Shown here: positions 20,052 to 30,974 of the stretch, one piece after another | Layout of the letters: each line of letters begins with the position of its first letter | Numbering within the stretch: position 1 is the stretch's first letter | From: Treponemataceae bacterium | Lineage (GTDB): Bacteria > Spirochaetota > Spirochaetia > Treponematales > Rectinemataceae | Direction: 5' to 3' | DNA length: 64,000 nt | NCBI GenBank assembly: GCA_963677895.2 | Contig: CAXXGJ010000006.1 | Location: 32,001 to 96,000 of the forward strand | Notes under the pieces: model-generated | Seen by the model: the letters and a program-made list of their open reading frames with translations, nothing else | Database searches by the model: none | Told to the model about the DNA's origin: nothing | Position numbers and translations under genes: made by a program

Positions 20052-20717
20052 TTACAGTTTCAGGGCATCTGGCGGTTTTGGGAGATCCTTGAACCACTTT
20101 TTCCACAACATTGTTCGCGGGCTCACCAGCGACCAAGCGGTGAGGAAGATGAGTTTGAAGTAATTTCCCAGCGTGCGGTTTTTCGTCCACCAGACCTCAA
20201 GATCGCCCTTATAGGGAGCGATGACAGTATCATGAAAGTGATCGCGGTCGCCGGGAACTTCATCGAGGATGGATTCCTCATCGCGGAAAACCACTGAGCC
20301 AATGCCCGTGAGCCCGGGCGGCACGGCGTCGATAGCCGTGCGAACCGACAACGAATACAGTTCATAGTGACGCCTCGCCTGTGGGCGGGGACCGACAAAG
20401 CTCATTTGGCCCAAGAAGATGTTGACGAGCTGAGGAAGCTCGTTGATCTTCGTCTTTCGCAGGAAATTGCCCATGGGCAGGATGCGTGGATCATTTTTCT
20501 GCGTGAGGACGCCTCCCGGCAGGTTGGGACTGTTTTTAAGCATGGTGGCGAACTTGAAAACATTGAAGTTGTGACCGTCCGATCCGACGCGAGGCTGTAG
20601 GTAGAAGATATAGTGCTCGCCCGTGAGCTTGAGGCCGATCATGATGGGCAACATGAAAGGGAAGAGAACAAGCATAGCGAGGCCTGAACAGACTATGTCG
20701 AGCATTCTTATGAGCAA
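20052..20717 (-). CDS. Monotopic phosphoglycosyl transferase (PglC-like sugar transferase)
   Basis: KFATM, NDPRI, LRKTKINELPQL, MSFVGPRP, PGLTG motifs. Confidence 0.9.
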   Translation of the reverse strand: MLIRMLDIVCSGLAMLVLFPFMLPIMIGLKLTGEHYIFYLQPRVGSDGHNFNVFKFATMLKNSPNLPGGVLTQKNDPRILPMGNFLRKTKINELPQLVNIFLGQMSFVGPRPQARRHYELYSLSVRTAIDAVPPGLTGIGSVVFRDEESILDEVPGDRDHFHDTVIAPYKGDLEVWWTKNRTLGNYFKLIFLTAWSLVSPRTMLWKKWFKDLPKPPDALKL

Positions 20718-20719
20718 GA

Positions 20720-21910
20720 TTACATCCTTCCGTCGAGAAACTTCCCTGTTTCTTTATGGGCGAATTCGGGGATAGTGGCATTGAAGAGATCGATGAGCTC
20801 AGCGCGCGTCCAATGGCCTCTTTCGCGCATGGCGCATATCTCGGACTCGAATCGTTCGAGAATGGGGGCATCGTAGGTAGGATCATTTCTAATTACACCG
20901 ATGGATTCGAAGCGCTCCATATCAAGACTTTCCTTCTCGGTGAAGAACTCCTCGAAGTCCTTTTCGCCTGTTGTGTCGCTTGCGAAGAAGTAGACCGGCC
21001 ACTTGCCTTGCGCTTTTAACTCACCCACACGGGCGCGAGCTTCATCCTCGCTCGAACACTCCACAGGCTCATAGCCCTGGCGCCTCAGATACCTCTCAGC
21101 GATCTCGGAGAACGTTATAAGATTCGCCTCCGCATTAAGCTTTGGAAAGAAGAGATCGCGGTTTTTGCCTAGGAGCGCTGACATAAGACAAAGCTCGCCT
21201 GATTCTTTGGGCGTGACAAAGTAGCGCCTGACATCATTGGGAGCGGAAATGGGCTGTTCTTTCTCTAAGCGTCTATTGAAACCATAGAGAAGGCTCCCAT
21301 CAGAGAAGGCCACATTGGCGAAACGGGCGGTAGATACAGGTAACTCGAGACTCCGGCGCATAAGAAAATATTCCATGATACGCTTGCTGGCGCCCATCAT
21401 GTTCACGGGATTCGCCGCTTTGTCTGTCGACACACAGAAATACTTCCTCGCGCCCGCCGCGGCAGCTTGCCTCATGGTCTTGTCGGTGTTGAACACATTG
21501 ACATCGACCATGCGCATCAAGGTGTAAGGATCCTTCTCGCTACGCACATGTTTCAGCGCGGAAAGATTGAGCACGTAATCGTAACCGGGGCCATTCTCGA
21601 TGAAGGCATCGAAAATCCCGCTCCCAGCGTCGATGGCGAAGGTGGCAAACTCGCCCGAAGAATACCCGATGGACGAGCGCAGATCGCGCACCAGCTCGAC
21701 CATGTTGTTCTCGCTGATATCCACCACATGGAGCAGCTTCGGATCGCGCCTAAAAATCTCGCGCGTGACCGCTTGGCCGATGGAGCCGGCACCGCCAATG
21801 ACGAGAAAGCGCGAGGCTTTGACGAGGCGGGACAAATCGACCTCGTGTTTAGCCAGGTCGGCGGCGAAGAGTTCATTTTTTCTACCGATGAGATCAAGAA
21901 CAGAATCCAT
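20720..21910 (-). CDS. UDP-N-acetylglucosamine 4,6-dehydratase (short PglF/CapD-like)
   Basis: GGAGSIG, ALKHVRSE, STDKAANPVNMMGASKR, RFANVAFSDGS. Confidence 0.85.
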   Translation of the reverse strand: MDSVLDLIGRKNELFAADLAKHEVDLSRLVKASRFLVIGGAGSIGQAVTREIFRRDPKLLHVVDISENNMVELVRDLRSSIGYSSGEFATFAIDAGSGIFDAFIENGPGYDYVLNLSALKHVRSEKDPYTLMRMVDVNVFNTDKTMRQAAAAGARKYFCVSTDKAANPVNMMGASKRIMEYFLMRRSLELPVSTARFANVAFSDGSLLYGFNRRLEKEQPISAPNDVRRYFVTPKESGELCLMSALLGKNRDLFFPKLNAEANLITFSEIAERYLRRQGYEPVECSSEDEARARVGELKAQGKWPVYFFASDTTGEKDFEEFFTEKESLDMERFESIGVIRNDPTYDAPILERFESEICAMRERGHWTRAELIDLFNATIPEFAHKETGKFLDGRM

Positions 21911-21931
21911 GAATACTCCAAATAAATGTGA

Positions 21932-23083
21932 TCAACCCTTTTTTAGGTTCTTTTCGAGAGAATCGCATACGAGATCCACTTCGGCTATCGTCATCGTGGG
22001 ATAGAGGGGAAGGGTGAGCTCGTGTTCGCTGATGTACTGGCTCTTGGGCGTCGGCCCCACCCTGTCCTTATAAGCTGTGAAGCTCTGTATGGAAGGATAA
22101 TGGATAGAGGTCTGGATGCCATCTTCCTTCATCCGCTCGATGAGCGCGGCCCTGTCGATTTCTTTGGAAAGAAGAACCGGCATGATATGGTACGTAGGAG
22201 TACCTCTATCGTAATGGCGGAACGGAACGCTCAAGAATTTCCCCATCGCGTCCAGCCGGGGAAAATACCGCGCCACAAGCGCCGCGCGAGCGGCATTCGC
22301 CTCGGGCAATTTAGCGAGCTGCACAAGCCCCAAAGCGGAGCGGACTTCGTCGATACGATAATTGAACCCTGGCTCTACGACATCGTAGGTAGCAGCGCGG
22401 CCTTTCATCCTGTCGAAACTGGCGACTGTCATCCCATGGGAACGCAAATTCTTGCACTTCTGGAACAACTCCAGATCGCGCGTGGCTACCATACCGCCCT
22501 CGCCCACCGCCAGATTCTTGTTGGAGAAGAAACTCCAAGCCGAAATATCGCCGAAGGTACCGAGCTTCCTGCCTTTATAGGACCCGCCATTCGAATGCGC
22601 ACAGTCTTCGATAAGCTTAAGATTGTGCCGCCTGCAGATATCCACGATCGCATCCATATCGCAGGCATAGCCCGCATAGTGCACGATCATCACCGCCTTG
22701 GTCTTGGGCGTAATCTTAGCCTCGATATCGGCAGGATCCATCGCCCAATCCTCGAGCGACGTCACATCCCCAATCACCACCTCGCCGCCCGACACCCTCA
22801 CCGAATTGAGATCAGCAATGAACGTGAGCGAAGGCACAATCACCTCATCTCCAGGCTTCACACCACATGCCAGCACGGCAATATGAAGCGCCGCCGTCCC
22901 ATTCGAAACCGCCACGCACTTCGAATCTTGCTTGAGTTCTCTGCTATAGGCTTCCTCGAAATCCAAGGTCCTCTGCCCCATCGTGATCCACCCTGATTTA
23001 AGAGTGTCCATCACAGCGCCATATTCGCGTTCATCGTAATTTAGTTTGAAGAGCTGTACTTTCCACTGAATCGTTCCCGCCAT
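21932..23083 (-). CDS. DegT/DnrJ/EryC1/StrS sugar aminotransferase
   Basis: SNGTAALH, IEDCAH, SFFSNKNLAVGEGG, GFNYR; ATG 23083 with GGAAGG RBS. Confidence 0.9.
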   Translation of the reverse strand: MAGTIQWKVQLFKLNYDEREYGAVMDTLKSGWITMGQRTLDFEEAYSRELKQDSKCVAVSNGTAALHIAVLACGVKPGDEVIVPSLTFIADLNSVRVSGGEVVIGDVTSLEDWAMDPADIEAKITPKTKAVMIVHYAGYACDMDAIVDICRRHNLKLIEDCAHSNGGSYKGRKLGTFGDISAWSFFSNKNLAVGEGGMVATRDLELFQKCKNLRSHGMTVASFDRMKGRAATYDVVEPGFNYRIDEVRSALGLVQLAKLPEANAARAALVARYFPRLDAMGKFLSVPFRHYDRGTPTYHIMPVLLSKEIDRAALIERMKEDGIQTSIHYPSIQSFTAYKDRVGPTPKSQYISEHELTLPLYPTMTIAEVDLVCDSLEKNLKKG

Positions 23084-23094
23084 ATTCACCTTCC

Positions 23095-23311
23095 TTATTG
23101 CTTGGGCAAACGCCCACCGAGCATCACATCAAAAACGAGATCCCTGTTCTTCTCCACAAATTCCAACACCCTCTCAAGCTTCTTTTTATCAGTCGGCAGA
23201 TTCACCACATGAGCAGCGGCAAACACCGCGTTCGGATACCGTTCCGGCTCAAAACCCCACTTGCTCAAATCACCCTCGACAGGATGCAAAGGCGAACGGA
23301 ACCAATCCCCC
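23095..23311 (-). pseudogene. 3' remnant of a DegT-fold gene truncated at the IS3 left end
   Basis: GDWFRSPLHP...YPNAVFAAAHVVNLPT resembles a DegT C-terminus; the reading frame breaks exactly at the IS3 boundary (23312). Confidence 0.65.
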
Positions 23312-24575
23312 TATACTGAGCCTATCGGGTAGGACCACTACAGAAACTGAATAAGGTGGAATATCCTAGGAAAAGGAGCGTCCACCATGAGGAAGAAGTT
23401 CGACGAGCAGTTCAAGGCAATGGTAGCCCTCGAGGCAGTAAAAGAGGAGCTTACGCTCCAGGAGTTAGCCGAAAAGTACCAAGTCCATCCGAATCAGATC
23501 AGCGTCTGGAAGAAGAAGCTCTTGGAACAGTCCTCGGCGCTCTTTGAACGAAAGAACAAGAAGGACGAGGAATACAACCAGCTCAAGAAGGAGAAGGAAG
23601 AACTCTTCCGCCAGCTAGGGCAAATGCAGTACGAGAACGAGTGGCTAAAAAAAAAGTACAAACAGCTGTACGGCAAAGATCCAGGCTGATCGAACCAAAG
23701 GAGCCCGTCTTGTCAGTGCGACGTCAGTGTGAGCTGCTCAAGGTCCAAAGGAGTTGCGTCTATTATCGCTCTAAGCCTACTCAAGACTTGAACCATGAGC
23801 GACATAAAGCGCTTATCCTCGCTATAAACGGGAAGTTGCCCTTCTATGGCTATCGAAAGATCACGCTGGAACTGCAGTCAAAGAAAAGTGAGCTCAGCCA
23901 AAAGCAGGTTCGCAGGCTCATGCATTCAATGCATCTTAAGGCGTTGCATGCCAAGAAAATGACCAGCATGAAGCATCCTGAGAATCCTATTTATCCGTAC
24001 CTACTGAAGAATATCGTTGTACGATATCCCAACCAGGTCTGGATCTCTGACCTGACATACATCAAGCTTCCTGGCCTTGGGTATGTATACCTCGTCGCCA
24101 TCATGGATCTCTATAGCCGCAAGGTGCTGTCTTGGAGGCTTTCCAACAGCATGGACTCATTATTCTGCGAAGAAGCCTTGAAAGAGGCCATAACGCGCTA
24201 TGGTGCCCCTTCTATATTCAATACCGACCAAGGGAGCCAGTTTACTTCGAATTCGTTTACCCAGATTCTGCAGGATCATTGGATCAGGATCAGCATGGAC
24301 GACCGAGGCCGCTGGCGGGACAACGTACACATTGAACGGCTCTGGAGAACCGTCAAGTATGAGGACATCTACCTCCAGAGTTACGAAAATCTAAGGGCAT
24401 TAAAACGAGGGTTGGCCTTGTATTTCGATTTCTATAATCGGTACCGGTTTCATCAGAACCTGGACTACGAGACGCCCGATCAGCGCTATCGTTCGTTTCA
24501 GGCGAAGGATTTGGCGGCGTGAATCACCACCGTATTCGTTAGCTGTTTTTAGTCTTGATCTGAGGGCCCAGCATA
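23312..24575 (+). mobile_element. IS3-family element, copy 1 (1264 bp)
   Basis: Near-identical to 44194-45457; imperfect terminal IRs TATACTGAGCC / GGGCCCAGCATA; orfA/orfB; no target duplication. Confidence 0.92.
23387..24522 (+). CDS. IS3 transposase OrfA (23387-23689) / OrfB joined by a -1 frameshift
   Basis: HTH OrfA; A9G slippery run at 23647-23656; DDE motifs WISDLTY, NTDQGSQF, IERLWRTVKYE. Confidence 0.9.
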
Positions 24576-25265
24576 ATCCTTTCTGTCTTCCTTCTCGCTT
24601 CATCCAGCAGCGTCACATCGTGGAGGAATCTTATGTCTTCGGGCGCACAGGTCGCATCAACAATCAACGTACCTTTATTCTCGCTTTCCTTTGCTTCCCC
24701 TTCTCCTGAACAATTCCCCTTATCGTCATCATTGTGGCTTTCGTCATCGGCTTTGCTTTTCTCTATGATCAGATCATTCACTTCTTTTAGGATATCCGCT
24801 GACAGCCTCTTTCTGAAATGCACCATCATGCTCGGATCGAAAGGTATTTCATATTTGTACCCTTCATATCCCAGGAAGTATTGCTAGTAGGGATTCTCTC
24901 GTATATCTTCTACCAGCTCTTCGTCAGATAGATTCTTCTTCCCTTTTATAATGAGAGCGCCTAACGCGACTTTTACCGGGATCGCCGGTCTACCATTATT
25001 GGCGACAAACAGTTTGGAATACTTTTCTTCAACATCTTTCCATGGTATTAGGCTTGCCAAGATTACCCATCGGTTATCTGCTTTCAGGCTGCCCCCGAAC
25101 ACCATGTCGAACTGGTCAAACTCAGGCGTATACTTTGGTATTCTGTACATCTCGCCTTCCAAGTGCACGACTTTTTCATGTTTCTCTTCAATTTCCGTGC
25201 ACTTTTCTGGTCCATTATACCATATATCCCTTTGCCTAATTTGACTTTATTACTTTTTCAGGAGC
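24576..25265 (-). mobile_element. IS5-like element, truncated copy A
   Basis: Matches 28874-29563 of copy B; cut at the IS3 right end; carries the same first TAG stop. Confidence 0.88.
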
Positions 25266-25319
25266 CTTCTCTTAGATATTTTTATTTACTCTTAATAAAA
25301 TACGAGCTTAGCTTCAAAT

Positions 25320-25865
25320 CAACAACCTCGCAGCAAGCTGCCTAGGTATAAAGAAAATTCACTCGAATAGTTTTAGTTGCCTATTCTCGTATAGTTTCTC
25401 GTACTCTTTAGGTTCCCTACCTTGATTCTTTACATATTCCATTATCGTGTCTTCATTTCCGTATTTCCCGACACTTCCTACATAGTACCCGCTTGTCCAA
25501 AATTCTCCACCCCACAGCATCTTCTTTACTTCTGGTCGTCTTCTGAATACTTCTCGTGCTGTTATGCTTTTTATTATCTGTGCTACTTGCTTTGGACTCA
25601 TCATCGGTATGGCTTGCACTAGAAAATGCACATGATCTTTCTCTGTTCCTATCTCCAGAAATTGCACTTCATAGCGCTTTTCTATCTCTATACAAATTTC
25701 TTTTATTGCTTCATCTACTTCTTTCGTTATTACAATTTTCCTATATTTCGCTGGACATACTATATGATAGATCAATACTGACACATTATGACTCTTATGT
25801 ATAAATTCGCTCATTCTTTTATTCTTCCAGACGCAGCAAACTGCGAAGAATTAAACCTGTAGAGA
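25320..25865 (-). mobile_element. IS200-type element (TnpA only); boundaries approximate
   Basis: Related subterminal hairpins gcagc-aa-gctgc (about 25330-25341) and cgcag-caaa-ctgcg (about 25832-25845) flank a Y1 transposase. Confidence 0.75.
25359..25814 (-). CDS. tnpA: IS200/IS605 Y1 (HuH) transposase
   Basis: YHIVCPAKYR, DHVHFL (HuH), FWTSGYY, EYVKNQ. Confidence 0.93.
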   Translation of the reverse strand: MSEFIHKSHNVSVLIYHIVCPAKYRKIVITKEVDEAIKEICIEIEKRYEVQFLEIGTEKDHVHFLVQAIPMMSPKQVAQIIKSITAREVFRRRPEVKKMLWGGEFWTSGYYVGSVGKYGNEDTIMEYVKNQGREPKEYEKLYENRQLKLFE

Positions 25866-25930
25866 TTAATAAATATAATATCATTTGTCATTGGTATGGC
25901 ATTAAAATATTTCGATGCAAAACCATAAAA

Positions 25931-26749
25931 TTAACACTTCAATTTATCAGCAAGATCTTTTACCGAAGCAAAAGTATACGTAGGTTTAATATCACCATTT
26001 AATATGTCTTCTATTTTAGCTTCCCCTGTTAGCACACAAATACTAGTAACTCCAGCATTTATACCTGCCGAAATATCTGTATAAAGTCTATCTCCAATGA
26101 TTGTAGTATCTTTTTTCGTATAGCTAAACTTTTTCATCACTTCATAAACCATAGTCGGCTCTGGTTTTCCGATATAAATTGGTTCTCTTCTTGTTGCATT
26201 TTTTAAAATCATGCAAATAGATCCACAATCTGGTATAAAGCCAAAACTTACCGGACAAGTAAGATCAGGGTTTGTAGCGTAGAATGGAATATCACGCATT
26301 AACAGCTCACACGTGTTTCTTATTTTTTTGCTTGTAAGTTCTGTGTCAAAACCTACAAGAACCAAGTCTACATCAGGCTCAACTTCTTCAGTAACAATTA
26401 GACCTGATTCTCTTAACTCAGTAATTAATGATTTTGTTCCTTGACAATAAATTTTTATTTTAGGATATTTTTCTTTTAACATGAGAATAGTGGCTTGGAC
26501 GGAGGTAAAGAAGTTTTCTTTATCAGCTTTAATTCCTAATCGGTTAATTTTATAGATATAATCCACCACAGACTTAGAAGAATTATTTGTAATAAATATA
26601 TACCTTCCTCCACTTTCCTCTATATACTTTATCAATTCTAAAGTACCATCAAATAGGCACTCTTCTTCATATATTGTACCATCCATATCAAATAGAAATA
26701 GTTTTTTCTCTTTTAACTCGGCTGCAATATTATTAAAAATATCTTCCAT
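25931..26749 (-). CDS. HAD-IIA hydrolase/phosphotransferase, Gtp3-like
   Basis: FDMDGT, TNNSSKS, ATNPD, GKPEP, GDRLYTD; strongly resembles pneumococcal Gtp3 as recalled. Confidence 0.85.
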   Translation of the reverse strand: MEDIFNNIAAELKEKKLFLFDMDGTIYEEECLFDGTLELIKYIEESGGRYIFITNNSSKSVVDYIYKINRLGIKADKENFFTSVQATILMLKEKYPKIKIYCQGTKSLITELRESGLIVTEEVEPDVDLVLVGFDTELTSKKIRNTCELLMRDIPFYATNPDLTCPVSFGFIPDCGSICMILKNATRREPIYIGKPEPTMVYEVMKKFSYTKKDTTIIGDRLYTDISAGINAGVTSICVLTGEAKIEDILNGDIKPTYTFASVKDLADKLKC

Positions 26750-26754
26750 ATCAT

Positions 26755-27462
26755 TCAGTCCTTAAACAATTTCTCTGCAGCTGCAAGATCTTCATGGTTA
26801 TCTATTTCAAACCACCGGCCAACAAGCGGAGAAGCCCTAAATTCTATCAATGGAAGAATTTCATTCAAAGCTACTTCACTCCACTTTTTAAATTCTTTTT
26901 TTTCTTCAATGAATTCAGCACACTTATTAAAGAATACTTCTCCACCTTCTTTGGAAAACTTATAAACATCAATTGAAGATCCTAGTGCGTTTTCTTGTGT
27001 AACTTCTTTTGAAATTTCTACTAATCTTCCACCTTTTTCAACTACCTTCATAGACTCTTCTTTGTAGGTACCAATGTCTGTAACAATAGTATTAGGAAAG
27101 GAATTGAGCAAGAGAGCGGAAACTATAGAAGCATCATAGAAAACATCAGAATTCATCATTAAAAATGCACCACCGCATACATTCATCCTACCAAGATATG
27201 CAGAATACATATTATTTGTATTCGCATAGTCAACATTCTTTATGATTTTTATATCTTGCCATTTTTCATGAACTGCTTTCTCAAGAACCTCTGCCTTATA
27301 GCCAGAAATAATAGTAATGTCTTTTATATTGTTTTCGTATAAGTTTTCTATTTGCTTAAAGAGAATAGGTTTTCCATTTACAGGTACCAGAGATTTTGGA
27401 CATGTAAGAGTAATAGGTGTAAGTCTTGTACCTAATCCAGCTGCTAAAATCAATGCTTTCAT
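26755..27462 (-). CDS. Sugar/glycerol-phosphate cytidylyltransferase (LicC-like), Gtp2-like
   Basis: ILAAGLGTRL...PKSLVPVNGKPIL, TNNMYS, WFEIDNHEDL. Confidence 0.85.
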   Translation of the reverse strand: MKALILAAGLGTRLTPITLTCPKSLVPVNGKPILFKQIENLYENNIKDITIISGYKAEVLEKAVHEKWQDIKIIKNVDYANTNNMYSAYLGRMNVCGGAFLMMNSDVFYDASIVSALLLNSFPNTIVTDIGTYKEESMKVVEKGGRLVEISKEVTQENALGSSIDVYKFSKEGGEVFFNKCAEFIEEKKEFKKWSEVALNEILPLIEFRASPLVGRWFEIDNHEDLAAAEKLFKD

Positions 27463-27515
27463 AGTTCCTCCAAAAGCTACAAATATATTTTCTTCAAAAT
27501 TTCATCACGTAAATA
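27459..27515 (-). pseudogene. Possible C-terminal relic of gtp1 (glycerol-2-phosphate dehydrogenase)
   Basis: Frame reads LRDEILKKIYL*LLEEL* and ends in an ATGA overlap with the gtp2-like start; resembles the Gtp1 C-terminus from memory only. Confidence 0.4.
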
Positions 27516-27530
27516 ATTTTTAAAAGCTGG

Positions 27531-27924
27531 CTCTTTCAAGTTTGAAATGCGAACGAGATTCGGGAAAAAAGCTCGTTCGGAGTCCGATAGCCAAGTGATT
27601 TCCTAGGTCGATTATTGATCTTATCAACGTATATTACAAACTGTTTTTTTGAGAACCAATCAAGACGATATTTTTTAAGCAAGTATTGGCGAAGAAGTCC
27701 ATTGGTATGCTCATTCAGTCCTCGTTCCCATGGGTGATAGGGATGTGCAAAAAATATCTGAACGTTGATCGCTTTAGATAGTTTTTTATGTTCAGCAAAT
27801 TCTTTTCTATTATCAACAGTAATTGTCTTGCGATTTTCCTTTGGAATACCAGAAAAGACTCCATACGCTTCTATGCGTAGCTCTATCGCAGTTTTTTCCT
27901 CAAGGGGAAAAGCAACAAGGTACT
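27531..27924 (-). mobile_element. IS30-family transposase 3' relic
   Basis: Not in ORF track. Manual translation: TITVDNRKEFAEH...FFAHPYHPWERGLNEHTNGLLRQY, then INNRPRKSLGYRTPNE; truncated by IS5 copy B. Confidence 0.8.
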
Positions 27925-29568
27925 TAGGGGTTTCTTAAAAACCCTCTTTTCTATCTTTCAGGCAGCATTAGCTGCCCTTCAACCCAAAGAAAAGAGTTCC
28001 TAATCAGTTCGTTAATAGCATTAATAAGCGACACAAAAAAGGCTTTCGCCTTTCTCCTCGCCAACACCATTAGGTTCATCACCAAGAACACCATCATAAT
28101 CGATGTCTCGCTCGTTTCCTTAAGTCTTGTACCAATTCTATCGAGCGTATAACGTCGCTTCGCCTCTCCAAACTTCCCTTCTACCGCAATCCTCGTACTC
28201 TCATCTTCTCGCTCGATCCTTTTTTGTTCTCGTCTTCTTTCTCTATTATTATCGTTGTCTTTGAATGGCCTTCCCAGCTTCGGCCCCGATAATTGTATCC
28301 CATATTCATGACAGTACTGCAGATTCTCTCGCGTCCTATAGATCTTATCCGCACACACTACTTCCGGATATTTCCCATAGCGTTGCTTATATCTTTCAAT
28401 TTGCCCTTTCAAATCTTTGCATTCGTTATAGGCATCCCACGAGAGCCTATAGACCTGCGCCATCACATCCACAAGGCTCAAGGAGAGCTTTGCTCCAAAC
28501 TCATACATCCCCCTGGCCTTCCCCTCTCGCTATTGGCCGTACCCAGGGTTTACTTATGCTTAAGATCCTTCCCTCTATTGACCAAGTATCGCTGCGGTAC
28601 AATTGCTTCTGCTGCCGGACCAATTCTCCGATCACCCACAGATCCTGCCGCTGCTTCCGGGAAAGAACGCTTAAATCTACTTTATCCTTGTATTCATTGA
28701 TCAACCGTAGATTCCGCTCAACATACTGGATCTACGTTTTTATCGCTTTTCTAATCGTGTTCACTCTCGGTTTTCGATTTCGTATGAAGGTCAGAAACTC
28801 TTTCCTTGCCTTCTTCCGATACGTCCTCGGCTTCTCCTAGCCTTCGGACATCTCTTTGTGGAGCGTATCGATGATCCTTTCTGTCTTCCTTCTCGCTTCA
28901 TCCAGCAGCGTCACATCGTGGAGGAATCTTATGTCTTCGGGCGCACAGGTCGCATCAACAATCAACGTACCTTTATTCTCGCTTTCCTTTGCTTCCCCTT
29001 CTCCTGAACAATTCCCCTTATCGTCATCATTGTGGCTTTCGTCATCGGCTTTGCTTTTCTCTATGATCAGATCATTCACTTCTTTTAGGATATCCGCTGA
29101 CAGCCTCTTTCTGAAATGCACCATCATGCTCGGATCGAAAGGTATTTCATATTTGTACCCTTCATATCCCAGGAAGTATTGCTAGTAGGGATTCTCTCGT
29201 ATATCTTCTACCAGCTCTTCGTCAGATAGATTCTTCTTCCCTTTTATAATGAGAGCGCCTAACGCGACTTTTACCGGGATCGCCGGTCTACCATTATTGG
29301 CGACAAACAGTTTGGAATACTTTTCTTCAACATCTTTCCATGGTATTAGGCTTGCCAAGATTACCCATCGGTTATCTGCTTTCAGGCTGCCCCCGAACAC
29401 CATGTCGAACTGGTCAAACTCAGGCGTATACTTTGGTATTCTGTACATCTCGCCTTCCAAGTGCACGACTTTTTCATGTTTCTCTTCAATTTCCGTGCAC
29501 TTTTCTGGTCCATTATACCATATATCCCTTTGCCTAATTTGACTTTATTACTTTTTCAGGAGCTCTCA
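27925..29568 (-). mobile_element. IS5-like element copy B with inactivated transposase
   Basis: About 1.64 kb, apparently identical to 32511-34154; imperfect IRs (ggggtttcttaaaaa / tttttcaggagctc); DDE motifs VDATCAP, ADKIY, VEGKFG; internal TAG stops and one frameshift. Confidence 0.9.
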
Positions 29569-29752
29569 TCTATGTTTTCTTATTCCATCAATGTCTATTC
29601 GTATATGTCTAATAGATTTTTTCAATTTCTAGCTACAATTTTCCGGGAAATTAGGTTTCAATAAACTTCTTTCTCATGATAGACTCTCCTTCTCTTAGCA
29701 TATTCTACATAATTAATTTTCTATAGTGTCCATAACCACTAAACTCAGCATA
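29569..29752 (-). mobile_element. Degenerate left end of an IS3 relative
   Basis: Minus strand tatgctgagtttagtggttatggacactatagaaaatt...aaggagagtctatcATGagaaagaagttt aligns with the IS3 left end tatactgagcccatcgggtaggaccactacagaaact...aaggagcgtccaccATGaggaagaagttc. Confidence 0.7.
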
Positions 29753-29772
29753 CTTTATTTTTACGTTTAAGG

Positions 29773-30894
29773 TTAATTATTAATAGCAATATTTTTGATA
29801 AGTTGAGCAAGATACTCAGGACCAGGTTCGTCATAGAAATTGATCTGTTTTAAGAATCTATCTAGGTTATTTTTATATTGCTTTTCATCAAATTCAATAA
29901 TATTTTTTAACATTGATATATTACTATCTGCAAATGGAGCTGGTAAACTTTTAATATTAAATTCAAATCCCCGCTCATAATCCTTCCAATCCTCAGCATA
30001 TATAAAAGTTATTTTATCTAAGCGCATACCGAAGAATAGTACACTCGAATAATCAGAAACAACAATATCTGAAGCATGAACTAAATCATCAAGTTCTTGA
30101 ACAATTGACCCATCTAATACTCTATCGTTATATTTTATATCTTTTTGATAATTAAAAAGATTAGGATGAAGACGTACAAGAATTCTCCAGTCACCACCAA
30201 AACGGTTTTCTAATACTTTTAGAATATCATTGTAGCTTAAATTGTATGGCCCTAAATTTTCATCAGAACGAAACGTTGGAGCATACAACATAATCCTTGA
30301 TGTTTTAGGGATTCTATATTTACTTTTCACATTATTAATAATGTTTTCAATTTCTTCTCTTGTTTTTTTCAGTTGCCTAACAGCGCATTTTACGATATCT
30401 CCATTACTCCATAAAAATCCATTTTTATACTTTTGGTATTGCCATTCATTATCACAAATAAATAAATCAACCATGCTCGAATCATACTTTGCTCGCTTAA
30501 TATAATTGGCGCTTAATGTTTTTTCAGTATCTGCTTCAGCCTTTTTTATCCCAACACTTCCATGCCATGTTTGAATATAGTATTGTCCTTTTCGTTTTTT
30601 CATCCACAAATATTTTCTAGAATTGTCAACCCAAACCTTTGCTGTTTCTAATTCAAACAATTCTGCTAGAGAATAGGGGGTAACTGTTCTTATTCCTTTT
30701 GGTATAATTGCTCCTTTAGGTAGAATCCAAACAATTTCTAGGTTTTTATCATCTAGTAATACATCAGAAATATTTTTTGGCGCATCATTGTAATACTTAC
30801 CATGAAAACTAGAAAAAACAATCTTATTTGATTTTATTGGAAATACGCAAAATATTTGTGCAACAATTTTCGCAAAAATTCGTTTTATCGACAT
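29773..30894 (-). CDS. CDP-glycerol glycerophosphotransferase (TagF/WchX-like)
   Basis: YIQTWHG, LYAPTFR, RLHP, SDYSS motifs. Confidence 0.9.
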   Translation of the reverse strand: MSIKRIFAKIVAQIFCVFPIKSNKIVFSSFHGKYYNDAPKNISDVLLDDKNLEIVWILPKGAIIPKGIRTVTPYSLAELFELETAKVWVDNSRKYLWMKKRKGQYYIQTWHGSVGIKKAEADTEKTLSANYIKRAKYDSSMVDLFICDNEWQYQKYKNGFLWSNGDIVKCAVRQLKKTREEIENIINNVKSKYRIPKTSRIMLYAPTFRSDENLGPYNLSYNDILKVLENRFGGDWRILVRLHPNLFNYQKDIKYNDRVLDGSIVQELDDLVHASDIVVSDYSSVLFFGMRLDKITFIYAEDWKDYERGFEFNIKSLPAPFADSNISMLKNIIEFDEKQYKNNLDRFLKQINFYDEPGPEYLAQLIKNIAINN

Positions 30895-30974
30895 TGAAAA
30901 TTCCTTTATAAAATATCAAGTATTTTTATAGGAAAGTTTATTTCAAGAATGCTTAACTTTAGCTTTTCAATTGT

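Noticed and set aside
25266..25358. TnpB/omegaRNA associated with the IS200 TnpA
   Set aside because: The right-end hairpin follows tnpA immediately; there is no room for tnpB.
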